The notes: generated by a model not told the origin, from the sequence alone. 64,000 nt of DNA from a bacterium (GCA_027310365.1 DAIDAY010000001.1:4142-68141); one strand, 5' to 3'. Shown: positions 38,776 through 48,244, numbered from the stretch's first letter. Translations and numbers: made by a program.

Positions 38776-40864
38776 AAAGAATATCGAGCCCGTTTTGGTT
38801 GATATCAGAAAACCCAATTTCAACTACGAGCACCTCGAAAAATTCGAGACGGTCAATCTCACAAAAATCCCGCAAAAAAGGAAGGGGCGTTTTGCCGTTT
38901 TCAAAAGGACAGTCCTCGCGGTTCTTGTCGCTTTCATCATCGGCGTGGTATCGTTCATCGGCATAACATTCGCGAACATCAAACAGATAAAATCGGTCGT
39001 CACGGAAACGGGATCCCAGATTATGCAGAATTTCAATTCATCGGTCGGCGCCCTGAAGAATTTCGAACCCAGCAATGCAACATCGTACCTGGAAAACAAC
39101 ACAAAATCCCTCGCCACCATCAACGACCTTGTCCAAAAGAGCTTCGGGCAGACGATTCTCGACACTCTCGGCAACATCGTGCCGATATTTAAGGAATCGG
39201 TCGGCTTGATAGGCCAAGTGTCGGACTTGAACTACAGCCTTCTCGAACTCACGAATACGCTCGGCGATCTGGAACAAAACGGGTTTAAGTATTTTCAGAA
39301 CAACGGGTCTGCCTTGATAGCCGATCTCCAGAAAATACACACCTTCATCCAGAATCTCAACGCGGAAACGAAGAGCATCAAGAATGCGACCTCATACCTC
39401 CAGAGCATGTCGGGATTTTTCGGCAATTTGAATCAGTCGATCGGCGATCAATATCTGAAATACAGCTCCGATCTCTATGGCTGGGACAATATGCTCATCG
39501 CGCTCATGAACTTCTTGAACTCTTCGACCACGGAACATGTCGCTATTTTGTTCCAGAACCCTTCCGAGATACGGCCGGGCGGCGGATTCATCGGAAGCTA
39601 CGCGGACCTTGCGATCCGGAACGGACAAATCCAAAACCTCGATGTGCGTGACATCTATGACCCCGACGGACAGCTCACCGTAAAAGTCATCCCGCCGGAA
39701 GAATTGCAGGCAACGACGCCGAACTGGGGGGCGAGGGATTCTAATTGGTTCTTTGATTTCCCGACATCCGCAAAAACGGCCGTCAACTTCCTGAATATCT
39801 CCAAGATGTATTCGGAAAAGGGAATACGGTTTGACGCCGTCATTGCGATCAACATTAACGTCGTAGAATCTTTCCTCGACGTAACCGGCCCCATCGCCGT
39901 GCCCGGCTACGGTACCATCAATTCCTCGAATCTTCTTCCCGAGGTGCAGAAAGAAACGGAGGTCGGCGCAGACAAATCCGCCGGCCAGCCGAAGAAAATT
40001 CTCACGGTCATCGCACCCATTCTCATGGAAAAATTGAACGGGCTAAACGTCCAGGGCAACCGGGCGCTTGTGAACGCCCTAAAAACCCATCTCGACAAGA
40101 AAGACATTATGCTCTATTCGACCGACCCAGTCATGCAGAGCTTTCTTGGCGCGAACAATTTGGATGGCTCGGTCTACGAACTGCCGGATAGTTTCTGGGG
40201 CAATTATCTTGCCGTCGTGAATGCGAATGTGGCGGGCGGGAAAAGCGACGCCTTCATCGACGAAAGCGTGACCGCGAAGATCGACATGGACACGAGCGGC
40301 AACACTTTCACGAACGTTTCCATTGCGCGGCAGCACAACGGTAATACAGCCCAAGACCCTTGGTGGAAGGCAAAAAATAACGACTTCATTCAAATTTTTA
40401 CCGAACCGCAATCGAGTCTGGTCGACATCAAGGGGAATGACTTCCGCCCGAAGTATTCCCCGCTCGCAAACTATGCCCAGTCGACATACGCCGTGAACCC
40501 GGATCTCAATGCCATCCAATCGGGAGAAGTATTCCTTTCCAATTTCAACGCCTGGCAGCGCAATGAATTCGGCAAAAATGTCTTCGGCGCCTGGCTTGTC
40601 ACTCAGGCAGGCGGAACCAAGAATCTCACGATCCGGTACCAGTCGAGCTATACGAACGTAAAAGCGCTCCTGCCGGGCCAACAGTACACTTTTATCTTTG
40701 AACGGCAGTCGGGCGTCAAAAATTCCCTTGATTTGACCATCAATGCCCCCTTCAAATATTATTGGGTGGAATCGAATTCACCCGTCTTCACGTATCGCTC
40801 GGATGATCCAGACAAGAGAATAATCATAACCTTGACTTTGGGTTACCAAAGTCTCAACGAATGA
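38753..40864 (+). CDS. large membrane-anchored extracytoplasmic protein, possibly DUF4012-like (hypothetical)
   Basis: A 703 aa protein with one N-terminal TM helix and an ...EIRPGGGFIGSYADL... motif. The gene overlaps the upstream GT4 gene by 23 nt. Confidence 0.5.
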   Translation: MPQKTVPKKNIEPVLVDIRKPNFNYEHLEKFETVNLTKIPQKRKGRFAVFKRTVLAVLVAFIIGVVSFIGITFANIKQIKSVVTETGSQIMQNFNSSVGALKNFEPSNATSYLENNTKSLATINDLVQKSFGQTILDTLGNIVPIFKESVGLIGQVSDLNYSLLELTNTLGDLEQNGFKYFQNNGSALIADLQKIHTFIQNLNAETKSIKNATSYLQSMSGFFGNLNQSIGDQYLKYSSDLYGWDNMLIALMNFLNSSTTEHVAILFQNPSEIRPGGGFIGSYADLAIRNGQIQNLDVRDIYDPDGQLTVKVIPPEELQATTPNWGARDSNWFFDFPTSAKTAVNFLNISKMYSEKGIRFDAVIAININVVESFLDVTGPIAVPGYGTINSSNLLPEVQKETEVGADKSAGQPKKILTVIAPILMEKLNGLNVQGNRALVNALKTHLDKKDIMLYSTDPVMQSFLGANNLDGSVYELPDSFWGNYLAVVNANVAGGKSDAFIDESVTAKIDMDTSGNTFTNVSIARQHNGNTAQDPWWKAKNNDFIQIFTEPQSSLVDIKGNDFRPKYSPLANYAQSTYAVNPDLNAIQSGEVFLSNFNAWQRNEFGKNVFGAWLVTQAGGTKNLTIRYQSSYTNVKALLPGQQYTFIFERQSGVKNSLDLTINAPFKYYWVESNSPVFTYRSDDPDKRIIITLTLGYQSLNE

Positions 40865-41037
40865 AACAAAAGAATATTCGAAATTTTTGCATCATCGCAT
40901 AAATCGATGGCACGGCTCGCTCTCCAAGTCGCTCTCACGAATCCCGCAATTCGTGAGCTCCGCGATGGGAGAACTTCTGTTTTCCCGACCCTCTTCCCGT
41001 CAATGTGCGCTTATGCAAGAATATAGTTACATATCAC

Positions 41038-42852
41038 ATGGAAACCAAAAATATAAGAAACTTCTGCATCATCGCGCACATTGACCACGGCAAATCGACC
41101 CTGGCGGACCGATTTCTTGAAATAACGGGGACGGTTGATTCACGGCACATGCACGCCCAATACCTCGACCAACTCGAGCTGGAGCGCGAGCGAGGAATAA
41201 CCATCAAGATGGCTCCCGTCCGGATGAGCTACGGCGACTATATTCTGAATTTGATTGATACTCCCGGCCATTCAGATTTTTCCTATGAGGTTTCGCGCGC
41301 CCTCCAGGCAGTCGAAGGGGGGGTCCTTCTCGTCGATGCGACACAGGGTATCCAAGCCCAGACGCTTTCGAATTTCCGCTCGGCAAAGAACGCTGGACTC
41401 ACAGTGATAGGTGCAATCAATAAAATCGACAGATTCAAAGACCGGAACGATCCCATACTCCTCGAATTAAAGAAAGAAGTCGCCGACCTGATCGGCGTCG
41501 AAGAGAAAAAGATCTTCATGGTTTCCGGCAAAACCGGAGAAGGAGCAAGGCAGCTGCTGGACGTTGTCATAGAAAAAGTACCGCCGCCAAAAGCCGCAAT
41601 TCCAAATGACAAATTACAAATTCCAAATTTAGGCCGAGCGCTGCTCTTTGATTCTTTTTATGACGATCACAAAGGCATCGTCGCTTCGGTTCGGGTTTTC
41701 GACGGCAAATTTCAGAGAGACGATACCGCCGTCTTTGCGATCAACAATGTGAATTTGAAAATCAAGGAAGTCGGTTACTTCGCGCCACAGATCAAGGCGG
41801 GAACAAGCATCGGAACGGGGGAAGTGGGATACATCGCGACGGGCATCAAGGACACGAGCAAGGTGAAAATAGGAGACACCGTATTGAATTCAAAAGTTCA
41901 AATCTCAAATGCCACATCACTTGCCTTGCCTGGCTACCGGGAACCCAGCCCTGTGGTTTTCGTCTCATTTTACTCGGAAGACGCGAATGACCACGACGTT
42001 TTGCAAAGGGGGCTGGAAAAGCTTCACTTGAACGACTCATCTTTAAAAATAGAGCAAGATCAAAATGAGATTCTGGGGAGAGGGTTCAAGGTGGGATTCC
42101 TTGGGAAACTCCATTTCGAGATAACGGCCGAGCGCCTCGAGCGTGAATTCAACGTGACGGTGGTAAGCACCTTCCCATCAGTCGTCTATAAAATCAAACA
42201 CCAGGGGCACATCAGCTTCATAACGAAACCCGAAGACTTGCCCGAAGGAGTGGAAGAAATTTGGGAACCGATCGTGGCAATCAACATCCTCACGCCCTCG
42301 AACTATTTGAGCAACGTCATCTCGCTCCAGCGGACGTTCCGAATGCGAGATCTCACGACCACGACCATCGGGACGGCGATAGAAATCGACGGGCGGATGC
42401 CTTTGGCCGAACTCATCAGCGATTTCGACGACCAGTTGAAATCGGCAACATCCGGATATGCTTCGTTTAGTTATGAATTCGAGAACTATGAAAAAGCAGA
42501 TATCGTGAGGGTTGACAGCTATGTCGCAAGCGAGATAGTGCCGGGACTCTCAAGGTTCTTCCCCAAGGAAACCGTTGAGCATGAAGCGCGGAAGATGGTT
42601 GAGAAACTCAAAGAAACGCTTCCGCGGCAGCAATTTTCACAGGCAATCCAGGCGAAGATCTCCGGGAAAGTGATAGCGCGGGAAGACATCCCGGCCATGC
42701 GGAAAGAACTCGGGAATTTCGGCAAAAATGGGGGAGACCGAACAAGGAAGATGAAGCTTTGGCAGAAACAGAAGAAAGGGAAGGAGAAACTAAAAGCGAT
42801 GGGGAAGGTCACAATCGCCCCAGAGGTGTTCAAGGAGTTGATCAAAAAATAG
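41038..42852 (+). CDS. lepA: elongation factor 4 (LepA)
   Basis: IRNFCIIAHIDHGKSTLADR, DTPGH and the LepA-specific C-terminus are present. Confidence 0.9.
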   Translation: METKNIRNFCIIAHIDHGKSTLADRFLEITGTVDSRHMHAQYLDQLELERERGITIKMAPVRMSYGDYILNLIDTPGHSDFSYEVSRALQAVEGGVLLVDATQGIQAQTLSNFRSAKNAGLTVIGAINKIDRFKDRNDPILLELKKEVADLIGVEEKKIFMVSGKTGEGARQLLDVVIEKVPPPKAAIPNDKLQIPNLGRALLFDSFYDDHKGIVASVRVFDGKFQRDDTAVFAINNVNLKIKEVGYFAPQIKAGTSIGTGEVGYIATGIKDTSKVKIGDTVLNSKVQISNATSLALPGYREPSPVVFVSFYSEDANDHDVLQRGLEKLHLNDSSLKIEQDQNEILGRGFKVGFLGKLHFEITAERLEREFNVTVVSTFPSVVYKIKHQGHISFITKPEDLPEGVEEIWEPIVAINILTPSNYLSNVISLQRTFRMRDLTTTTIGTAIEIDGRMPLAELISDFDDQLKSATSGYASFSYEFENYEKADIVRVDSYVASEIVPGLSRFFPKETVEHEARKMVEKLKETLPRQQFSQAIQAKISGKVIAREDIPAMRKELGNFGKNGGDRTRKMKLWQKQKKGKEKLKAMGKVTIAPEVFKELIKK

Positions 42853-42896
42853 AGAGCGGAGGTTTTCCCTCGCTTAGTCTCTCATTCGTCAAAATC

Positions 42897-43053
42897 CACC
42901 TTACCCCTCATCGAAATGAAAGGAATAAAGCCGTGCAATATCGAACTCAGCATCGCTGCCTCAAAATTCAGTACCTGCTGATTTTTGAGGCAAGATCGGG
43001 ATTCCGACGGGTGATCGTTTACCCATTCCTTCCTTATCGCTCGGGGATTTTAA
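42897..43053. repeat. ~160-190 nt intergenic repeat element, copy 2 (inverted relative to copy 1; hairpin 42958..42991)
   Basis: The reverse complement aligns with 25208..25394 at about 85% identity. Matching blocks include the 16 bp hairpin arms, GAGTTCGATATT, GGCTTTATTCC and CCCCGAGCGAT. Confidence 0.8.
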
Positions 43054-43231
43054 AACGCTTTCGGGGAAACTGTTCGAAACGACTTTTGTTCTCTCTTGAG
43101 GAGAGATAGAATAGAAAGCAATGAATCCTGTTGGAAACCGCAAACTTATGCAAATCATAATCATCAACCGAGTCGAGTTAATCGCACATCATAGGCAGTT
43201 GCTTTAAGTAAGGCGTTCTGTTCCCAATAAG

Positions 43232-43528
43232 ATGAGGTACTGGAAAGCCATGGTGTTCGTATTGTTCTTCGCTCTTGTGGCGTGGGGATTGGTAAACCTC
43301 TACGTGGCACGAAGGCAGGCAAGCGAACGGGCGGGGATCCTCCAGAGTGAATTAAACGAGGAAAAAACGAAAAACCAGAACCTCGCCTCTCAGCTTCAGT
43401 ACTATTCAAGCGACAATAATTTGGTGAAGGAATTGAAGGAACAGACGTCTTACAAAAATCCGGGCGAAAAGGTTATAATACTCGTGCCCGGAGCGACATC
43501 AACGACCAGTACGACAAGTACACAATAG
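43232..43528 (+). CDS. FtsB/DivIC-like septum formation initiator (TM helix plus coiled coil)
   Basis: A 98 aa protein with an N-terminal TM helix followed by a coiled coil (LQSELNEEKTKNQNLASQLQ). Confidence 0.55.
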   Translation: MRYWKAMVFVLFFALVAWGLVNLYVARRQASERAGILQSELNEEKTKNQNLASQLQYYSSDNNLVKELKEQTSYKNPGEKVIILVPGATSTTSTTSTQ

Positions 43529-43533
43529 AAAAT

Positions 43534-43607
43534 GCGGGTATGGTTTAGTGGCAGAATGCGACCTTCCCAAGGTTGAGACAGGAGTTCGATTCTCCTTACC
43601 CGCACCA
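43534..43607 (+). tRNA. tRNA-Gly (anticodon CCC), with encoded CCA
   Basis: Cloverleaf by hand: a 7 bp acceptor stem (GCGGGTA/TACCCGC), an anticodon stem CGACC/GGTTG with loop TTCCCAA, a T-arm AGGAG-TTCGATT-CTCCT, and discriminator A followed by CCA. Confidence 0.85.
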
Positions 43608-45062
43608 CAAAGGAAAAGTCAATGCCTCGCGGCGCGAGACGCGCCGCTCGGCGACCAAATCGTATGGAGTTTTCGGGGCAAAAAGAAATTCCCGATTCCT
43701 CAAAATATGGTTCGAGCCGATGTTTTTCAGAAATGTTGGCAATTCAGAAAGATTATCTGATTCAAGCAGTTTTTCGGCTTGATTTAAGGATTTTACAAAC
43801 TCACGAGCCGGTTCGAGCCAAGATAATCCTTTTTGCTCAAGGTCGGTGATTTTCTCAGCAAGCGACACTTTTTCGGACAACAATCTCTGCTTTTTGGCGG
43901 CGTATTCTTCTGTGGATAAAGCGTCTGCTAAATAGATGTCCAGTAGCTTTTGAAGTTTTACTTCAATTTGCGATAACTGATCTTTTAAAATACTAACCTT
44001 GGCTTGTGCGTCTTGCTTTGCTTTATCTTGCTCGCTATCTAACGCCGCCAAAACTTTTTCAGTGTCTTGGCTCGACAAAGAAACTTTTTGAAGAAAAGAT
44101 TTGATTTGCTCGGTTAGTGCTTCCTCGCGGAGATAATGCTTTTCTTGGCACGGCCCTTTCTTTTTCGTGCATCGGTAGTAGTTATGTTCCTTTTGTTTCT
44201 CGGCAGTAATTGAACAACCGCAGGAAGCGCATTTTAATAAGCCAAGAAAAGCAAAATTGTGTTTACGAACTTCTTGTACCTTGCCACGCTTTGCCATAAC
44301 TTCTTGGCATTTGTCAAAAAGTTTCTTTGAAATTAACGGCTCGTGCGTTCCTTCAAAAATTTCCCCCTTCCATTTCATCAATCCTAAGTAGAAAATATTT
44401 TGTAGATTTTTCTGAATATTGCCCACTCGTATTTCTTTATTGAGATTGCCGCGCAAGCCGTTATCCTTGCACCAATTTGCGAGAGAATGAAGGGTGTATT
44501 TTCCGGTGGCGTATAGCTCAAACATTTTTCTAACTTTTGGAGATTTATCGGGGTCAATATCAACCATTCTCGTTTTCGGATTGTTGAGATACCCCACCGG
44601 AGCCCAGCCAGGCCACACTCCGTTTCGGATTTTTTGGCGTAGTCCACGCTTCACATTCTCTCGTAAATTATCTACAAAATATTTTGATTGCCCGAAAGCT
44701 ATATTGAGCATGAATAATCCCTGCGGTGTCGGTTCAAACCAAAAAGTGGGAAATTTGAGGGACTTAATCAAGCCGCGATCTACGAAATGAATAATCTTTC
44801 CGCCATCAACGGAATTTCTTGCGAGACGATCGGGGTGCCATGAGATAATCCCGTCTGCCTTTCCTGATTCGAGAATTGCCAACATTTCTGCGAATTTCAT
44901 TCGCCCAGGTTCTTTGGCAGTTTTTGCCTCGCACAGCGAGGCGACAATTTCAAGTTTTTCTTTGGCGGCAAATTCTTTTAGCTCAACAAGTTGAGCTTCA
45001 ATCGAAAGCACTTGTCGGTCGTCCTCCTCGGTAGATTTTCTCGCGTAGATTATGTATCGCAT
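43596..45062 (-). CDS. large serine recombinase (integrase), resolvase/invertase N-terminal domain
   Basis: The N-terminus (YIIYARKSTEEDDRQVLSIEAQ) carries the catalytic Ser. A recombinase domain, a Cys-rich zinc ribbon (CASCGC...YYRC) and a coiled-coil C-terminus follow. The 3' end overlaps the tRNA-Gly 3' end by 12 nt. Confidence 0.85.
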   Translation of the reverse strand: MRYIIYARKSTEEDDRQVLSIEAQLVELKEFAAKEKLEIVASLCEAKTAKEPGRMKFAEMLAILESGKADGIISWHPDRLARNSVDGGKIIHFVDRGLIKSLKFPTFWFEPTPQGLFMLNIAFGQSKYFVDNLRENVKRGLRQKIRNGVWPGWAPVGYLNNPKTRMVDIDPDKSPKVRKMFELYATGKYTLHSLANWCKDNGLRGNLNKEIRVGNIQKNLQNIFYLGLMKWKGEIFEGTHEPLISKKLFDKCQEVMAKRGKVQEVRKHNFAFLGLLKCASCGCSITAEKQKEHNYYRCTKKKGPCQEKHYLREEALTEQIKSFLQKVSLSSQDTEKVLAALDSEQDKAKQDAQAKVSILKDQLSQIEVKLQKLLDIYLADALSTEEYAAKKQRLLSEKVSLAEKITDLEQKGLSWLEPAREFVKSLNQAEKLLESDNLSELPTFLKNIGSNHILRNREFLFAPKTPYDLVAERRVSRREALTFPLWCG

Positions 45063-45145
45063 ATGATTTGGATTTTGTTGTCAATTATGGCAATATGTAT
45101 TCCACTCTGGTAATTCCAGACACAAACAACAGAAAGGAGGTCGTT

Positions 45146-45430
45146 ATGGTCAAACAGCACCTTGCAAAGGGGATGAAAGTCAAAATCCTCGAGAGGGGAG
45201 AAATGATTGACGAAGCGATCATTCGACGCATCGGGACTGGTGGATATCCGCCTACCGACGAGATCGAGATCGAGAGCCTCAAGCTTCATCCCGGGGAGAA
45301 GACCGAGTTCGCGTTCATTCGACACAACAATCCCGACCGAGAAGGGTGGCGCATGCTCTTCGAAGATCCGATGGCTGGCGGTCGCTGTTTCAGTCAGCGG
45401 GCGCCGACCTACACCTTCGAGCCAGCGTAA
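45146..45430 (+). CDS. hypothetical protein (94 aa) with strong RBS, divergent from the recombinase
   Basis: An AGGAGG sequence lies 8 nt upstream of the ATG at 45146. No homology recognised. Confidence 0.4.
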   Translation: MVKQHLAKGMKVKILERGEMIDEAIIRRIGTGGYPPTDEIEIESLKLHPGEKTEFAFIRHNNPDREGWRMLFEDPMAGGRCFSQRAPTYTFEPA

Positions 45431-45544
45431 GATGTCTTGTCCTCCCCAATCATCAACGGGCGCACGACCTTCGGGTACGGCGCCTTTCTTTTTTCTTAAT
45501 TTTTTTTGGATTTGAATTTTCATAAAAGAATTTGCCGCCAAAGC

Positions 45545-45607
45545 AGTAAATTTTTCAATCATTTTTCATTGAAAAATTTACTGGAATGATTTATATTTAA
45601 ATCATTC
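45545..45607. repeat. two adjacent near-perfect palindromes in an AT-rich stretch inside the element
   Basis: One is a 17 bp inverted repeat with one mismatch (AGTAAATTTTTCAATCA tttt TCATTGAAAAATTTACT). The other is a 10 bp inverted repeat (GAATGATTTA tatt TAAATCATTC). A GC-rich hairpin (TCGCCGCC gcag GCGGCGA) follows at about 45655..45673. Confidence 0.5.
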
Positions 45608-45925
45608 AAAAACTTGAAATTGTCCGGTTCGCGGCGAAGCCGCTCAATTTTGGTGGGGGCTTCCTCGCCGCCGCAGGCGGCGAAATGCGTTCGAACTATT
45701 TTAAGAATGGAGCACCAGACGAGACACCAAGATCGACGCGTCTGATACCATGAACATGTGGGGGCGGGGCTACTTGGAGAAACAAGAAAGTCAAGTACGG
45801 GATGCTTGGACTTGCGATTCTCGAATCGCTCGTCATGATCGCGGCGCGGGGACACCATACGACCGATGTCGTCGCAAACTTCTGCGGGGTATTCTTTATC
45901 TATACCGTTGGTAGCCGCTGGTGGG

Positions 45926-46198
45926 TTAAAGCAACCGCGGCGGAACAAGTTCCTTCCGCGCTGTGACTTTGCGGTCGATCATCTTTCGGAGATCGACGAC
46001 TCTCACGTTCCATTTTTTGCCGATCTTGAAAGCCGGCAGTTTCCCTTTTTTGCACCACGTGAGAATCGTGCGATTCGTCACGCCGAAAAATTTAGCGAGA
46101 TGCTCCGTATCGTAGATTTTGCTTTCGTTGCTCGTATTGACATTATACCACTTCGATGGCCTTCTTTTGAAAATCCGAAAAACGTGATAAAAAGGCAT
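45926..46198 (-). CDS. excisionase/Xis-family helix-turn-helix DNA-binding protein
   Basis: [38 protein letters not shown] resembles the excisionase/MerR-like HTH fold. Confidence 0.6.
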   Translation of the reverse strand: MPFYHVFRIFKRRPSKWYNVNTSNESKIYDTEHLAKFFGVTNRTILTWCKKGKLPAFKIGKKWNVRVVDLRKMIDRKVTARKELVPPRLL

Positions 46199-46202
46199 CC
46201 TT

Positions 46203-46796
46203 ATGCAATCTGATAGCAGAAGAACAATAAAACCGGCAGGTATTCCGCGCCTATCACAAGGGAGTGCGCCGCCATCCGTGGCTGATAGCTTCGGTTATTT
46301 TGGGTTCCGTGGGCATTCAGGCGGCAGATTTGTCTTCTCCACTCTTCATGCGGCAGCTTTTCAGTACATGGAGAACATCCGCTATGGAAGGCGCGGCGCG
46401 ACCGATGGGGAAGTTATCCTCGCGGCGAAGAAAGCGCACTGCCACGCATTCATCGAGATACTGCCTGAAAAGTACCAAACGTATGTCGGCGAGCGCCAGT
46501 GGGTCGCGATCGCGCGGGCGATTTTGAAAGACGCGCCCATTTTGGTTCTCGACGAAGCAACTTCGAGCTTGGATTCCGAATCGGAAGCGCTCATCCAGGA
46601 TGCGCTCCGTACGCTCATGGAAGGGAAGACGGTTATTGTGATCGCTCACCGGCTTTCGACGATCATGAAAATGGACCGGATTATGGTGATAAAAAACGGT
46701 GCGATCGTCGCCGAAGGGAACCACAACGATCTCTTGAAACAGAACGGTTTATACCAGAAGTTGTGGAACATCCAAGCGGGAGGATTCCGTTCGTAG
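46203..46796 (+). pseudogene. 3' fragment of an ABC exporter ATPase gene (MsbA-like). It lacks the TM domain and Walker A and has an in-frame loss of the LSGGQ signature.
   Basis: ...ENIRYGR..ATDGEV...[42 protein letters not shown]...[11 protein letters not shown]... has the Q-loop-adjacent, Walker B, D-loop and H-loop regions. Where ERG..LSGGQRQR would be, the sequence reads ERQW. Confidence 0.6.
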
Positions 46797-46809
46797 TACA
46801 ATAAGAAGC

Positions 46810-47391
46810 ATGGAAATGAAACGACTATCCTCGAAACAGCCGATACCGCCGGATGCGAAGCGGGTTTTTCACGGCGTCATTTTCGACGTCTATCAGTGGC
46901 AGCAGAAACTTTTTGACGGGTCGTACCAGACATTCGAGAAACTGAAACGTCCGGACACGGTTCTCATCATAGCCGTCAATCGGGAGGGAAAGATTTTCTT
47001 CGGCCGGCAAGAACAGCCGGATAAAGCGCCGTTCGCCGGCCTCCTCGGCGGGCGCGTAGAAGAGGGAGAAACGCCTCTTGAAGCAGCCAAGAGGGAACTT
47101 TTGGAAGAGTCGGGATACGCCTCCGACGAGTGGGATTCTTTCGATGTTGTAGAACCGGTGAGCAAGATCGACTGGAGCATTTACACTTTTATTGCGAGGA
47201 AATGCCGTAAGGTCGGCAATCAAAAACTTGAAGCGGGGGAAAGAATAATTCTGGCATTCGCGACATTTGAGGAATTCGTCGATCTCACACTCTCGAAAGA
47301 ATTCGGCGACTCGGAGATAAGGGTAAGATTTTTGGAAGCGAAACTCGATCCGGCAAAGATGGCTGGATTGAAACGTCTTATTATCGGCTGA
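46810..47391 (+). CDS. NUDIX hydrolase (third copy; ADP-ribose pyrophosphatase-like)
   Basis: Nudix box GGRVEEGETPLEAAKRELLEESGY. Confidence 0.75.
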   Translation: MEMKRLSSKQPIPPDAKRVFHGVIFDVYQWQQKLFDGSYQTFEKLKRPDTVLIIAVNREGKIFFGRQEQPDKAPFAGLLGGRVEEGETPLEAAKRELLEESGYASDEWDSFDVVEPVSKIDWSIYTFIARKCRKVGNQKLEAGERIILAFATFEEFVDLTLSKEFGDSEIRVRFLEAKLDPAKMAGLKRLIIG

Positions 47392-48244
47392 TGCGGTAGT
47401 GGTTGTTTTCCTCCTCGAGAAACCCTTCGCGAGAAAGGGAAGCGAGAAGAGGCCGGAGAATGGTTTGCGGCTGGTTGGTTTTTCGCGAAAGCTGATGGAG
47501 CGTTAAGGGGAATTTCAAGAGGAGTTTCAGTACCTGTCCGCGGGTTTGGCGAGTTGATCCCTCGAAACGCAATTGTCTCGCGTAGTGTTTGCTCTTCCGA
47601 TTGGGATTTTCTTTTTTTAAGGAACCCAGCATAGTACCGTAATCCATGAGAGCCCAGTACCACTCGCGGGGATTCCTCCGGTCGATCGTTTGTTCGACGA
47701 AAGGCAAAATGTCGCGGTCGTCGACCTCTTTTTTCTTCCTAAAAAACCAATGAATGAACGTCCGCCGGACATTCGTCTCGATGTAGGGAAGGGGGATATT
47801 GTAGGCATAGGCAAGAATTGCTCCGGCTGTCGCTTTTCCGATGCCGGGGAGCTTGGCAAGCTCATCGGGATTTTTCGGTATCTTTCCGTCGTATTTTTTG
47901 ATTACTTCCCCTGCGGTTTTTTGAAGATGGAGCGCACGGCGGTTATATCCCAGTCCCTGCCAAATCCCGAGGATTTTCCCGGGAGAGGCGCCGGCGAGCG
48001 TTTGCCAGTCGGGGAACGTTTTTAAGAACTTCGGGTAGTATTGCTTCACCCGCTCCACCTGCGTTTGTTGGAGCATGATCTCGGAAACGAGAATACGATA
48101 TGGCGTCAAATGTTTCCGCCACGGAAGATCGCGGCCGCAGTGCCGGTAGTAACCCCAGATTTCGCGTTGGAACTTTCCCCTTTGCTGTTTGCTCAAATTT
48201 TTTGCCATCGTGTGGATTGTACCCCCGTACCTGTCGAGGGGCAA
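47381..48244 (-). CDS. HhH-GPD DNA glycosylase, MutY/A-G-specific adenine glycosylase-like
   Basis: WGYYRHCGRDLPWR, ILVSEIMLQQTQVERV and LPGIGKATAGAILAYAY match the family. The typical C-terminal 4-Cys cluster is not evident. Confidence 0.65.
   Translation of the reverse strand: MPLDRYGGTIHTMAKNLSKQQRGKFQREIWGYYRHCGRDLPWRKHLTPYRILVSEIMLQQTQVERVKQYYPKFLKTFPDWQTLAGASPGKILGIWQGLGYNRRALHLQKTAGEVIKKYDGKIPKNPDELAKLPGIGKATAGAILAYAYNIPLPYIETNVRRTFIHWFFRKKKEVDDRDILPFVEQTIDRRNPREWYWALMDYGTMLGSLKKENPNRKSKHYARQLRFEGSTRQTRGQVLKLLLKFPLTLHQLSRKTNQPQTILRPLLASLSREGFLEEENNHYRISR

Larger units (their letters stand above)
43596..46330. mobile_element. putative tRNA-Gly-associated integrated element (~2.7 kb); right boundary not defined
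   Basis: The recombinase overlaps the tRNA 3' end. The region also holds an excisionase-like HTH gene, an AT-rich palindromic stretch and a small RBS-bearing ORF. A decayed ABC-ATPase fragment abuts on the right. Confidence 0.5.

Noticed and set aside
45559-45948. 129-aa minus-strand ORF inside the integrated element
   Set aside because: It spans the AT-rich palindromes and a GC hairpin, and its composition is junk-like. A shorter + strand hydrophobic ORF (~45802..45966) is a better candidate but is itself uncertain.
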